A stretch of 50,377 nt of DNA from a virus (taxonomy: Duplodnaviria; Caudoviricetes), in IMG/VR virus record IMGVR_UViG_3300025518_000025, positions 1-50,377 of that record; one strand, 5' to 3'. This document shows positions 37,221 through 45,880 of this stretch, one piece after another; position 1 is the stretch's first letter; each line of letters begins with the position of its first letter. The translations under genes and the position numbers were made by a program. Below the pieces are notes generated by a model. The model made no database searches. It had not been told where the DNA came from and was given only the letters and a program-made list of their open reading frames with translations.

Positions 37221-37965
37221 ATTGCTTAATTTTATCGATTACCGTTTGATTCATTTCACTAACTGGAGCTGTTTTTTTGTTGCTAAAATTTTTATCGTTT
37301 TTTGCCCAGGTTTGTAATCTTCTTTCAAGATCCCAAGTTGGCTCTAATTCTTGTCTGAATTTTGTTTGCGATTTATTAGGTTCTGTCCAGTATTTATAAA
37401 ACTCATTTAAAAACTCTTTACCATACATTTCTAAAAAAGGAGTGAGTGTGGTAGAAAATTTTAATTTTCTGGCATTATAATTTTCTTTACTTTCCTTTAC
37501 TTTACTCTTCTTTACTTTACTTTGTGTGTTTATGGGTCCTATAGTTGGTAATAAACCTTGTTTACGTATCCCTAAACTGGTTAAAAGGGTGAATAAACCC
37601 TCTAAAGTGATACATTTATTATTTCGCTTTTTATAAGCATCTTGAATACTATCAATAAAATCTTGACACCAAATAATCTTATTTTCTCGCCAAAGAATTG
37701 CATCAAATTTTCCTAAATCAACCAAATCATTTATAATCGATTCTAGTACTTCTTTTGAGACTTTACACTTAGCAGATAAGTACATTAATGTACTTGGTTT
37801 TGATAAATTTAAGTAGTGATAATCTGTTTTACCAAGCTCTCTTAATAACTTCACGAAAGTTGCAAACCCATCATTTCCATAAGTTTCTTCTAGGTAAAAC
37901 ATCTTATTTCCTTCTTCACATAAAAAAGGAAAATAATCAACACTATTTCTTTCAGGTCTTGCCAT
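37213..37965 (-). CDS. Replication initiator-like protein (DUF4373 type)
   Basis: MARP...VDYFP N-terminus, SKVKKSKVKE linker; adjacent to the loader. Confidence 0.8.
   Translation of the reverse strand: MARPERNSVDYFPFLCEEGNKMFYLEETYGNDGFATFVKLLRELGKTDYHYLNLSKPSTLMYLSAKCKVSKEVLESIINDLVDLGKFDAILWRENKIIWCQDFIDSIQDAYKKRNNKCITLEGLFTLLTSLGIRKQGLLPTIGPINTQSKVKKSKVKESKENYNARKLKFSTTLTPFLEMYGKEFLNEFYKYWTEPNKSQTKFRQELEPTWDLERRLQTWAKNDKNFSNKKTAPVSEMNQTVIDKIKQYD
37485..37523. repeat. CTTTA(C) short-repeat tract in the initiator gene, possible origin region
   Basis: ctttactttcctttactttactcttctttactttacttt. Confidence 0.45.
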
Positions 37966-37969
37966 TTCA

Positions 37970-38395
37970 TTATTCTTTTAAAAGTTCAACATCATCATAT
38001 TTATTTCCTATAACAAAAAAATGATTTTCAGTATCTCTGTATATAAAACTTCCATATGTGAAAACATAATCTTTACAAGAACTTTCTAAACCATTAAATG
38101 AATGAATACATCTAAATTTTAATTCTGGAAATAACTCTATAATAGCAACACGCCAATGTTTACCATTAGAACCATCATCCCACTTAACTACATCACCATC
38201 ATAAATTTCCACACCGTTTTTATCTTTAAATCCGGTGAATTGTCCTAACGTGTCCGTTTTTATATATTCAATCTGTTTATTTTTTATATCTTGAATTGAA
38301 TCAATTTCATTTTCTGAATACACAGCGTTTGGTAATCCAAAAATCCATTTATCTGTACCGGCTATTTTTGCTCTAAATTTTATAATTCTACTCAT
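37970..38395 (-). CDS. YopX family protein
   Basis: IKFRA..GQFTGFKDKNGVEIYDGDVV..VIGNKYD. Confidence 0.9.
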   Translation of the reverse strand: MSRIIKFRAKIAGTDKWIFGLPNAVYSENEIDSIQDIKNKQIEYIKTDTLGQFTGFKDKNGVEIYDGDVVKWDDGSNGKHWRVAIIELFPELKFRCIHSFNGLESSCKDYVFTYGSFIYRDTENHFFVIGNKYDDVELLKE

Positions 38396-38396
38396 C

Positions 38397-38552
38397 TTAA
38401 AATTTCATTTTAGGTTGGTTAATATTCATCAGATACCGATCAACTTTAGCTTCTAATTCTTTCGAGCGTTTTAGCCAGCTAGGATATTTTGTTTTAAAAT
38501 ATTCCTTTTGGCTGTTTCGCATATCAAATACTAATTTTTCAAATTCATTCAT
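38397..38552 (-). CDS. Small protein, 51 aa (not in the ORF track)
   Basis: Hand translation MNEFEKLVFDMRNSQKEYFKTKYPSWLKRSKELEAKVDRYLMNINQPKMKF. Confidence 0.7.
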   Translation of the reverse strand: MNEFEKLVFDMRNSQKEYFKTKYPSWLKRSKELEAKVDRYLMNINQPKMKF

Positions 38553-38556
38553 ACTT

Positions 38557-40230
38557 TTAATTTTTAAATAAGTCTAATACTTTATCAATAAAATCGGTTT
38601 TCATTTCATCTGTTGCTCCAGTAATTGCATTAGCTGTTTCAGCTTTAGATTGGATCATTTCAAACAATTGCTCATCAATAGTATTTTGTCCTAAGAAGTA
38701 GGTACACATCACATTGTTTTTTTGCCCTATACGGTGCGCTCTGTCCTCACATTGTACACAATCGGCATAAGTCCATGGATATTCAATAAAAGCAACCCTA
38801 GAACTCGCTGTTAGCGTAATACCCACTCCTGCAGCTTTAATATTACACACTATTAGTTTTACATCTGGATTTCTTTGGAAAGCATCGATATTAAGCTGCT
38901 TTACATCCATATTATCTCTACCGGTTAAGGTAACCGCATGTGGAAACTCTTTTAAAACAGCATCAACAATAGCGTGTAAGCTGCAGAACACAATTAGTTT
39001 TTCTCCTGAGTCTAAAACCTCATTGATAAACTCTTTTACTTCAGCTAATTTTCCTAAGGCAGAAATGCGTTTTAGTTCACCCATTTTTACCATGATCTCA
39101 CCTCTAAGTTTTTTAAGGATTTCTTTATCGGAACACCCTTGCTCTTCCAAATATTTTACAAACTGATTTTTAGCTTTGTTGTAATCTGTTCTAGTAGTGA
39201 TATCACATAGAATAGTTTGGCGTTGTTTTTCCGGAAGATCCTTTGCAACGTCTTTTTTCTCTCTTCTAAAAAAACAATATTTGTTTAATAAGAAATTAAG
39301 TTCTTTTAAATTAGAAGCACCATATCCACCCTCGCAATATCTCATTTTAAACCCTTTTGCGCCTCCAAATTCATTTAACCTTCCCATGATGGCTAATTGA
39401 GAGAATAAATCGATTGGTTTGTTTACAACAGGTGTACCGGTTAATAAAATGCGCCACTCTTTACCCATGGCAATTCTTAAAGCTAATTTGGTTTGTTGTG
39501 TTTTAGTGTCTTTACATCGGTGCGATTCATCGATAATAACCGATTTAAACAAACCTGCTCTTTCATTCAATTTAATATCCATTGAATTACGCATTCTGCC
39601 TTTAGGTGGCATATAATCAACAAAGAACTTTTTTAAGCTTTCATAGTTTACAATAAACACATCTGCCAATCCCATTTCATAGAATCGGTGCCAGGTACTT
39701 TTATTTTTATCATCTAAAATAATGGCTTTTTTACCAGCCCACTGGTTCCACTCGCGTTGCCAGTTTATTTTGGTAGAGGAAGGACAAACAACCAAACAAG
39801 GAAATGTTTTTTCACCTTGCAAATTACCACCATGTAACGTACCAATGGCCTGTAAGGTTTTTCCAAGACCTTGTTCATCACCATTGATAAAACGTTTCAA
39901 AAGTAATCCCTGCGCAACACCTTTACTTTGATACGGTCTAAAACCAAATCCGTTTGGATGGTGTAATGGCAATTCAAAATCTAAGGTTGGTAATTCGGGC
40001 AAATCTGTAATTTCTACGGCATTGTGTTTTTCTACCACTATTAATTCAGCTCTATGGGTTTTTACCAAATCCAACACTTCATTTGAAACATGTATTGGAG
40101 CAATCCACAGTTTTTTAACCGGATCAAAACGTCTGCTAGACAATGCTTGAATAGCTGTTAAATTTCTAGTTCTAAAATTATTGAACCCTATACGTATGTG
40201 AAATTCTCTTGGATACTGAATTATTTGCAT
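38557..40230 (-). CDS. SNF2-family (SMARCAL1-like) helicase
   Basis: DEQGLGKT, IIDESH, LTGTP, GVGITLT and QCEDRAHRIGQ. Confidence 0.93.
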   Translation of the reverse strand: MQIIQYPREFHIRIGFNNFRTRNLTAIQALSSRRFDPVKKLWIAPIHVSNEVLDLVKTHRAELIVVEKHNAVEITDLPELPTLDFELPLHHPNGFGFRPYQSKGVAQGLLLKRFINGDEQGLGKTLQAIGTLHGGNLQGEKTFPCLVVCPSSTKINWQREWNQWAGKKAIILDDKNKSTWHRFYEMGLADVFIVNYESLKKFFVDYMPPKGRMRNSMDIKLNERAGLFKSVIIDESHRCKDTKTQQTKLALRIAMGKEWRILLTGTPVVNKPIDLFSQLAIMGRLNEFGGAKGFKMRYCEGGYGASNLKELNFLLNKYCFFRREKKDVAKDLPEKQRQTILCDITTRTDYNKAKNQFVKYLEEQGCSDKEILKKLRGEIMVKMGELKRISALGKLAEVKEFINEVLDSGEKLIVFCSLHAIVDAVLKEFPHAVTLTGRDNMDVKQLNIDAFQRNPDVKLIVCNIKAAGVGITLTASSRVAFIEYPWTYADCVQCEDRAHRIGQKNNVMCTYFLGQNTIDEQLFEMIQSKAETANAITGATDEMKTDFIDKVLDLFKN

Positions 40231-40233
40231 AAA

Positions 40234-41832
40234 CTACTTAGATTTAGGAGTTTTTTTAGTCTTTGTAGTTTTCTCATCAATTACTTCTAATTGCGATTTC
40301 AACGCATCAATTCTTTGAGTTGAGCGTTCAATACGTTTGTCTGCAATTTCCTGCTGCGCAGCTTCAATTGATTTAATATCCTCTGAATAATACTCTTCTA
40401 AAATTTGTTTGTAAGCTGCAGCACTAGAATTATTTTCGTGTGAGCCATAATTCACATTTAGTTTGTGACTAATAAAATGTCTGATAGTTAAATTCACTAA
40501 TTGATCTGGAATTGCTTCAGTAAGTATTTTATTAATGTTTAAATGTTTTACAAAATCCAATTCATTGTGTAGTTGATAACATTCAGAATGAAGCGCCACA
40601 ATTAAAGCTACTTTTTCATTGTTTGATAATGGTGCATCATTGTTTTTAAAAGTTGATTTGTCAATAGTTCGAATAGCTGCCCAAACTTTCTCTGCATCCA
40701 ATTCCAAAGCTCTTTTAGCTCTTTCTTCAATTTTAGAAATATCTTCTTTTATTGTTTCGTTTTTTACTATTTCTGGAGTAATACCTGGTATTTCTTTAGA
40801 TTCATTCTTTACCCATATATTTTCATATTTTCCTATATCATGACCAGATACACAAAATCCTTTTGCAGCTGTAAATCCTTTTGACGAATAACCTCTATAA
40901 TCATCATACTGTTTTAATATTTTTATATTAAATTCCTTGCAAATATTGATGATTACTTCATCGGGTTTTGAATGACTCGATATTATAAACACATCCTCAT
41001 TTTCATTGATTATTCTCGCAACTTCTTTATGGGTATGCGTTTTTAATTTATTGTTATAACAGGTTTCATCAAAACAATTATCTTCCTCTTGAAATTCAGC
41101 AAATAACATTGGATTTGCTTTTGATCTTTTAGGACAAACAACACATGCACAAACACCATTTACCAATAAATCATCTGCTAAATCAAAGGGAGCATCTGAT
41201 AAGTTTTGAGATTCTTCTTTAATAAACTCTTTAATACTTTGTAAAGTACCATAATCCGGTTCATCGGTTTCTCTCCATGGTTTAGCAGAACTGTATATTT
41301 GTTCTTGTTTATCAGCTTCACACTTTGCAATTAAAGTGGCATGGCTAATACCTAAATAACCCGCTTTAAAATGATTTCTAATAGGTTCTATTAGATCAAC
41401 TAGTTTTAATCTTCCGGTAACAAAAACTTCACTTTTAGATAATTTAACAGCTATATCAGCAATGGTATAGTTACCACTATCTACCATTTTTTTAAAGGCA
41501 TCTGCTTCATCTAGTGGATGCACATCTTTGCGCTCTAAATTTTCTATTATTTGAATTTCAAAAGCTTCTTCATCTGTAAGCTCTCTAATATTAGCAGGAA
41601 TTGTAGTTTGTTTAGCTAAAAGAGAAGCTCTAAACCTACGTTCACCACAAACCAATTCAAAGTTTTTGCCTTTTGGACGTACTAATATTGGTTGCAATAT
41701 TCCTTTTTGATTAATACTATCACTTAATTCTTTTAAGCTTTTCTCATCAATATCTTTTCTTGGATTGGTTTTAGACAATTCAATACTATTGATCTCTAAA
41801 ATCTGTAATTTATTTTCAATTATGTTCTCCAT
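40234..41832 (-). CDS. Large ParB/RepB/Spo0J-family protein
   Basis: NPRK..GILQPILVR..GERRFRA..ENLERKD, HTH, and a Cys cluster CVVCPKRS..CFDETC. Confidence 0.88.
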   Translation of the reverse strand: MENIIENKLQILEINSIELSKTNPRKDIDEKSLKELSDSINQKGILQPILVRPKGKNFELVCGERRFRASLLAKQTTIPANIRELTDEEAFEIQIIENLERKDVHPLDEADAFKKMVDSGNYTIADIAVKLSKSEVFVTGRLKLVDLIEPIRNHFKAGYLGISHATLIAKCEADKQEQIYSSAKPWRETDEPDYGTLQSIKEFIKEESQNLSDAPFDLADDLLVNGVCACVVCPKRSKANPMLFAEFQEEDNCFDETCYNNKLKTHTHKEVARIINENEDVFIISSHSKPDEVIINICKEFNIKILKQYDDYRGYSSKGFTAAKGFCVSGHDIGKYENIWVKNESKEIPGITPEIVKNETIKEDISKIEERAKRALELDAEKVWAAIRTIDKSTFKNNDAPLSNNEKVALIVALHSECYQLHNELDFVKHLNINKILTEAIPDQLVNLTIRHFISHKLNVNYGSHENNSSAAAYKQILEEYYSEDIKSIEAAQQEIADKRIERSTQRIDALKSQLEVIDEKTTKTKKTPKSK

Positions 41833-41896
41833 TTTTTAAGGGAATTATTTAGTTTTTCAATTATTAAATTGCAACTTCTTAGTTGCTTATCTATTT

Positions 41897-42520
41897 TTAT
41901 GATTCAACAGACGAACTTACCTCGATGGTAATTCCTTGCTCTTTTAAATTGGATACCATTTTTTTAACTTTTCCAGTTGGAGAATGATCTTCTTCTTCCT
42001 CTAAATCCTCATCAAAATCAAATGAAGTTTGTTTTGGAAGTGGTGCGTGTTTACCTTGTGAGTATTGATATACCTCTTCACGCAATGCTTCAATGCTTTC
42101 TATCAATTCCTCAATAAATTTGTATTCTTCGTCATCCCAACGAATAAAAGGAGTGCTCAATCCGATTGATTTTCCTGTAGATAAATAACGGCTTCCAGAA
42201 ATAACGACTCCTTCAGAATTGGTAGAACCGGTTATTTTAAATTCAGATACTTTGTAGTTTTTAAAGTAGCAATCATCATAATTAATATCATTAATTCCTT
42301 CATAAATGGCGTTTTTAATGGTATCGTTAATTGGTTCTTGCTCGCACAATAAAATGAGGTGAGGAATCAAATTTACATAAGCCGTTTGGCAATCTTCATG
42401 AATTGGTAAATCTGATTTTTTAGTTACTGTTTCGGTACATTCTTCTTTTTTTTCTTCAAAAGAATACTGCAGAAATAATCCGCCTTGTACTTTTCCTGAT
42501 TTAATGGTAATTACTGACAT
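41897..42520 (-). CDS. Conserved phage hypothetical protein
   Basis: Acidic 207-aa ORF in the operon. Confidence 0.65.
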   Translation of the reverse strand: MSVITIKSGKVQGGLFLQYSFEEKKEECTETVTKKSDLPIHEDCQTAYVNLIPHLILLCEQEPINDTIKNAIYEGINDINYDDCYFKNYKVSEFKITGSTNSEGVVISGSRYLSTGKSIGLSTPFIRWDDEEYKFIEELIESIEALREEVYQYSQGKHAPLPKQTSFDFDEDLEEEEDHSPTGKVKKMVSNLKEQGITIEVSSSVES

Positions 42521-42538
42521 ATATTATAGATTTATTGG

Positions 42539-42793
42539 TTAAATTTTTGTGATACTGATTCCTGGTAAGTTGTTAAATGCAACACCTGTTTTTTGTGAAG
42601 TTTTTCCGTCATACGTATGCTCTATAATAACTTCTTCTTCCGGTTCAAAAGCATCACTCACTTTTTTCATGGCTCCTCTAAACTCTATAAAAACCAAACC
42701 ACCTTCAGTTGTTTTTAAGGTTAACCTATTTTTAAAATGAACACCTTGAGACAGATCTTCTATTTTCTTAATTTTTCCTGTTACAACTCCCAT
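42539..42793 (-). CDS. Small OB-fold protein (DUF3127-like)
   Basis: VTGKIKKI..IEFRG..FNNL pattern. Confidence 0.55.
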   Translation of the reverse strand: MGVVTGKIKKIEDLSQGVHFKNRLTLKTTEGGLVFIEFRGAMKKVSDAFEPEEEVIIEHTYDGKTSQKTGVAFNNLPGISITKI

Positions 42794-42796
42794 TTC

Positions 42797-43138
42797 TTAA
42801 TTATTTACTGTTAGATAATGTATGGTTTCATCACTTTTAGATTTTCTTTTTTCGAAGAAGTCTTTAAATTCCGGACATTCTCTTTCCAACAATCGCACAT
42901 ACATTGGTGTGTAGTTATTGTTGTATTTAAAGCCGTCATCTTTTACCTCACCCCCCATTTTAAAGCGCATCACCTGAAACAAGCCACGTGCTGAAAAATG
43001 TTTGTGTCCTATTTGTTTAGCATCAAATGCTAACTGTTTAAACCGTTGGTAAACTGTTGGATATTTTTGATGGTATTCCATAAATTTTCCAACATCGCTT
43101 GAATTCATTGTTTCAAATAAATCTAGTTGAGCTTTCAT
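42797..43138 (-). CDS. Conserved phage hypothetical protein
   Basis: YHQKYPTVY..SARGLF..KYNNNYTPMYVR. Confidence 0.65.
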   Translation of the reverse strand: MKAQLDLFETMNSSDVGKFMEYHQKYPTVYQRFKQLAFDAKQIGHKHFSARGLFQVMRFKMGGEVKDDGFKYNNNYTPMYVRLLERECPEFKDFFEKRKSKSDETIHYLTVNN

Positions 43139-43575
43139 AAATATTGTTTATTATTGGTTAATTCAATTTCTATTTGTTGCATAATCGTTAAGTCGCTGGG
43201 TTCTGGTAAATAGATACCAGCTTCTTTGCTTGCGTAATCTCTAAATCTGTTGATAGCCAGTGTTAATTCATCTTTAGTAACATCAGCCAAACTTTTATAT
43301 TCAGTTCTAATTTCACCTGTTTTTCTATTGATAAATTCATATTCAAAGATTTCAGGATTCACTAATTTTTTAAAGTATTCTAGTTTGATATATTCTACTG
43401 TTTCTCCATATTCCAAGGCAAACCATCCCATTATTAAATGCACGTATTTAAGCTGCGGATAGGTTTTAGAAACCTGTTTCTGTTTTAATTCAAATACCTT
43501 CTTTTTTTCTATGAAGTATTTTAATTTGTCAACAGATCGTTGTACATCGATTTCGTTTATTGGATTGTAGATCAT
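43135..43575 (-). CDS. NinB-like protein
   Basis: KTYPQLKYVH..SLADVTKDEL..GIYLPEP. Confidence 0.55.
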   Translation of the reverse strand: MIYNPINEIDVQRSVDKLKYFIEKKKVFELKQKQVSKTYPQLKYVHLIMGWFALEYGETVEYIKLEYFKKLVNPEIFEYEFINRKTGEIRTEYKSLADVTKDELTLAINRFRDYASKEAGIYLPEPSDLTIMQQIEIELTNNKQYL

Positions 43576-43757
43576 TAGTATAGTATTATTGCTGTGTAAT
43601 CAATCCATTGATTGCAGATACTCCCATCATTATAATTCTCACGCATCAGAGTAATTGTAAATGATATACTTTGAATATTCTTATTGCTTAAATTCCACTC
43701 GTTAATCTTATTTTCTAAGTCTTGATGTGAAATACTTGATGTTATAATTTTTACCAT
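43575..43757 (-). CDS. Hypothetical protein
   Basis: 60-aa coupled ORF. Confidence 0.55.
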   Translation of the reverse strand: MVKIITSSISHQDLENKINEWNLSNKNIQSISFTITLMRENYNDGSICNQWIDYTAIILY

Positions 43758-43780
43758 TTATTTATTTATTTTTTGTTTTT

Positions 43781-43813
43781 AAAAAACCACCCTCTCCTCA
43801 TAAAAAAGGGTGG
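43781..43813 (-). terminator. Intrinsic terminator
   Basis: CCACCCT..AGGGTGG stem with a U-tract on the minus strand. Confidence 0.65.
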
Positions 43814-43869
43814 AAATTGCTATGAAAAAAAGAATGAAAGTTTATCCGCCCACTTCCAAGGATAGTTTA

Positions 43870-44223
43870 CTAAAACGGTAAATCATCATCTTCACCAATG
43901 GCCTCTGCTAATGGAGCTTCATTGCTTTGTGGAACCCAAACAGTTGAGTTCCCTAAAATTGGCATTGCCATGCGCTCAGCTTCACTCATTTGCTCATACA
44001 ATTCTTTAGGTAAATTCTGTTTAACTAAATGAGTGTTTTGCCCTTCAATTGGATTTTTTAATTGTATATGATATAAATCTAAATACAATCCTTTTTCGCC
44101 TCTGTAAAGGTTGTTAGCATCAATAGGGATGATTAAGCAATCTATTTCTCCAGATTGTCCTTTTAATAGTTTTCTGGTGTGCTTTAAGGAAGCTAAATTT
44201 AATTTGGTGCTGAAATTTGACAT
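43870..44223 (-). CDS. SSB-like protein
   Basis: C-terminal acidic tip EDDDLPF; within the recombination module. Confidence 0.7.
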   Translation of the reverse strand: MSNFSTKLNLASLKHTRKLLKGQSGEIDCLIIPIDANNLYRGEKGLYLDLYHIQLKNPIEGQNTHLVKQNLPKELYEQMSEAERMAMPILGNSTVWVPQSNEAPLAEAIGEDDDLPF

Positions 44224-44241
44224 CGTTCTTATTTTTTTTAG

Positions 44242-44979
44242 TTAAAAAGGTGTTTTATTAAAATTGATACTTGTGCCGTTACTGGCTACGGTAACTGTTT
44301 TTCCTGTGGTATTTTCTACAGCTGCTTTAAATGCTATCTCATCACTATTACTATCGCTTAAATGAATTAATACGATGTTGTTTACTTTAGATAAATCGTT
44401 TGCAGATAAAGTGGTGAGGCAATTTTCTAAACTCATGTGCGATTTTAAGATTCTATTTCTTAAAAATTCTGGTGATGCTCCTGCATTCATTTTAGCATCA
44501 ATTATTTTTTTAGAATAATTAGCTTCAATTAAAATATTATTGATATTGTTAAAAGTGTAGGCACAGTAAAAAGTATCGGTTAAAAAAAGCAAATTACCAC
44601 ATTCTTTGTGCTTAATTATAAATCCGAAAGGTTCAGCAGCATCATGTTGAACATCAAAAGGCATTACTTTAAAATTGCCAATTGCCAAAGCAATTTTATT
44701 CTGCATCGGTATAGCGCGATGATTATTGATTTGCAATGCCTTAAATGTTCCGTTAGAAGAATATACATTAATCCCTAATTTTGTTAGTTCATTAATGCTT
44801 TTGGCGTGATCCATATGTTCGTGTGAAACGATACAACCAGCTACTTTGGAGGAATTGAAATTTATAGCTTGTTTTATTGCCTGAACATTTACACCACATT
44901 CGATAATAAGAGCTTCCTCATTGTTCTCTAAAATGTAACAATTACCTTTACTTCCTGTGCCTATAACTTTTAACTCCAT
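44242..44979 (-). CDS. MBL-fold metallo-hydrolase (exonuclease-like)
   Basis: GSKGNCY, SHEHMDH, HDA, LIEANY and LIHLS. Confidence 0.92.
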   Translation of the reverse strand: MELKVIGTGSKGNCYILENNEEALIIECGVNVQAIKQAINFNSSKVAGCIVSHEHMDHAKSINELTKLGINVYSSNGTFKALQINNHRAIPMQNKIALAIGNFKVMPFDVQHDAAEPFGFIIKHKECGNLLFLTDTFYCAYTFNNINNILIEANYSKKIIDAKMNAGASPEFLRNRILKSHMSLENCLTTLSANDLSKVNNIVLIHLSDSNSDEIAFKAAVENTTGKTVTVASNGTSINFNKTPF

Positions 44980-44980
44980 A

Positions 44981-45853
44981 TTAAAATCCTGGTCCTGATG
45001 TTGCTACTGGTTGCTCTTCTTCATTTTCGATTTCCTCTACTTCAACATCATAGGATGCTATTTCATTTTCAATTACATCTTCTGAATCGATATCTAAGGT
45101 TTCTTTGTTAGCGTTTTGCGTTACCTCATTTTCTACATAAGCTGCAGTAGTGTCAATGATTTCAATTTCATCAAATAGATCGCTATCATCTGAGCTTCCT
45201 ATTTTGGTTTTAAGCAATCTTGAAACCACTGTTTTCTTAGCCATTTCATCAGGAAATTTTTGATGTGCCGGTGAGTTTCCTTTTGCTTTTCCCATTTCCC
45301 AGGCAGTTCTTATTTGTTCCATGTTCATAACCTCTGCATCTGTTGTTCCATCATTAAAAATGGCAATAGCATAAGCGCCTTTCACTTTTTGCGGATTGAT
45401 GTTTTCAAAATTCTGATCGTGCTTAGTAATGTTTTTTCTTCCTGTTTGAAAATCAAAAGCATATTCAAAAACATCATTCTCATAAATAGCAATTGCAACT
45501 ACTTCTTTTATTCCTGCAACTCTTTTACCTACAGCCATTGTACCCATGTAACTGCGCTGCATTACTAATTTATTGCCATATACGATGTAATAACATTGCT
45601 TTTTGGATGGTGACAAACCTTGTAAAACAGTATCTAACAATGCGTTTGCAACACTTTCTTTAGTGCAAACCTCTAAAGCTGGTCGCTTATTTAAGTCAAC
45701 AGTTTCCTGTAATATTAGAAAAGCACTTCTCAAAGCATTTTCTGCACTATAATTATCAGGGAGTTTTAATCCTCCTTCACTTGAAAATTGTGCTACTTTA
45801 GCTAATACTGTTCCAACAGTATCTTCAGTAAATTTTTTAATTTGTGTACTCAT
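44981..45853 (-). CDS. recT: RecT-family single-strand annealing recombinase
   Basis: QGLSPSKKQCYYIVYG..RSYMG..FPDEMAKKTV. Confidence 0.88.
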   Translation of the reverse strand: MSTQIKKFTEDTVGTVLAKVAQFSSEGGLKLPDNYSAENALRSAFLILQETVDLNKRPALEVCTKESVANALLDTVLQGLSPSKKQCYYIVYGNKLVMQRSYMGTMAVGKRVAGIKEVVAIAIYENDVFEYAFDFQTGRKNITKHDQNFENINPQKVKGAYAIAIFNDGTTDAEVMNMEQIRTAWEMGKAKGNSPAHQKFPDEMAKKTVVSRLLKTKIGSSDDSDLFDEIEIIDTTAAYVENEVTQNANKETLDIDSEDVIENEIASYDVEVEEIENEEEQPVATSGPGF

Positions 45854-45880
45854 TTTGAAATATTTAATTATTAATAATGA

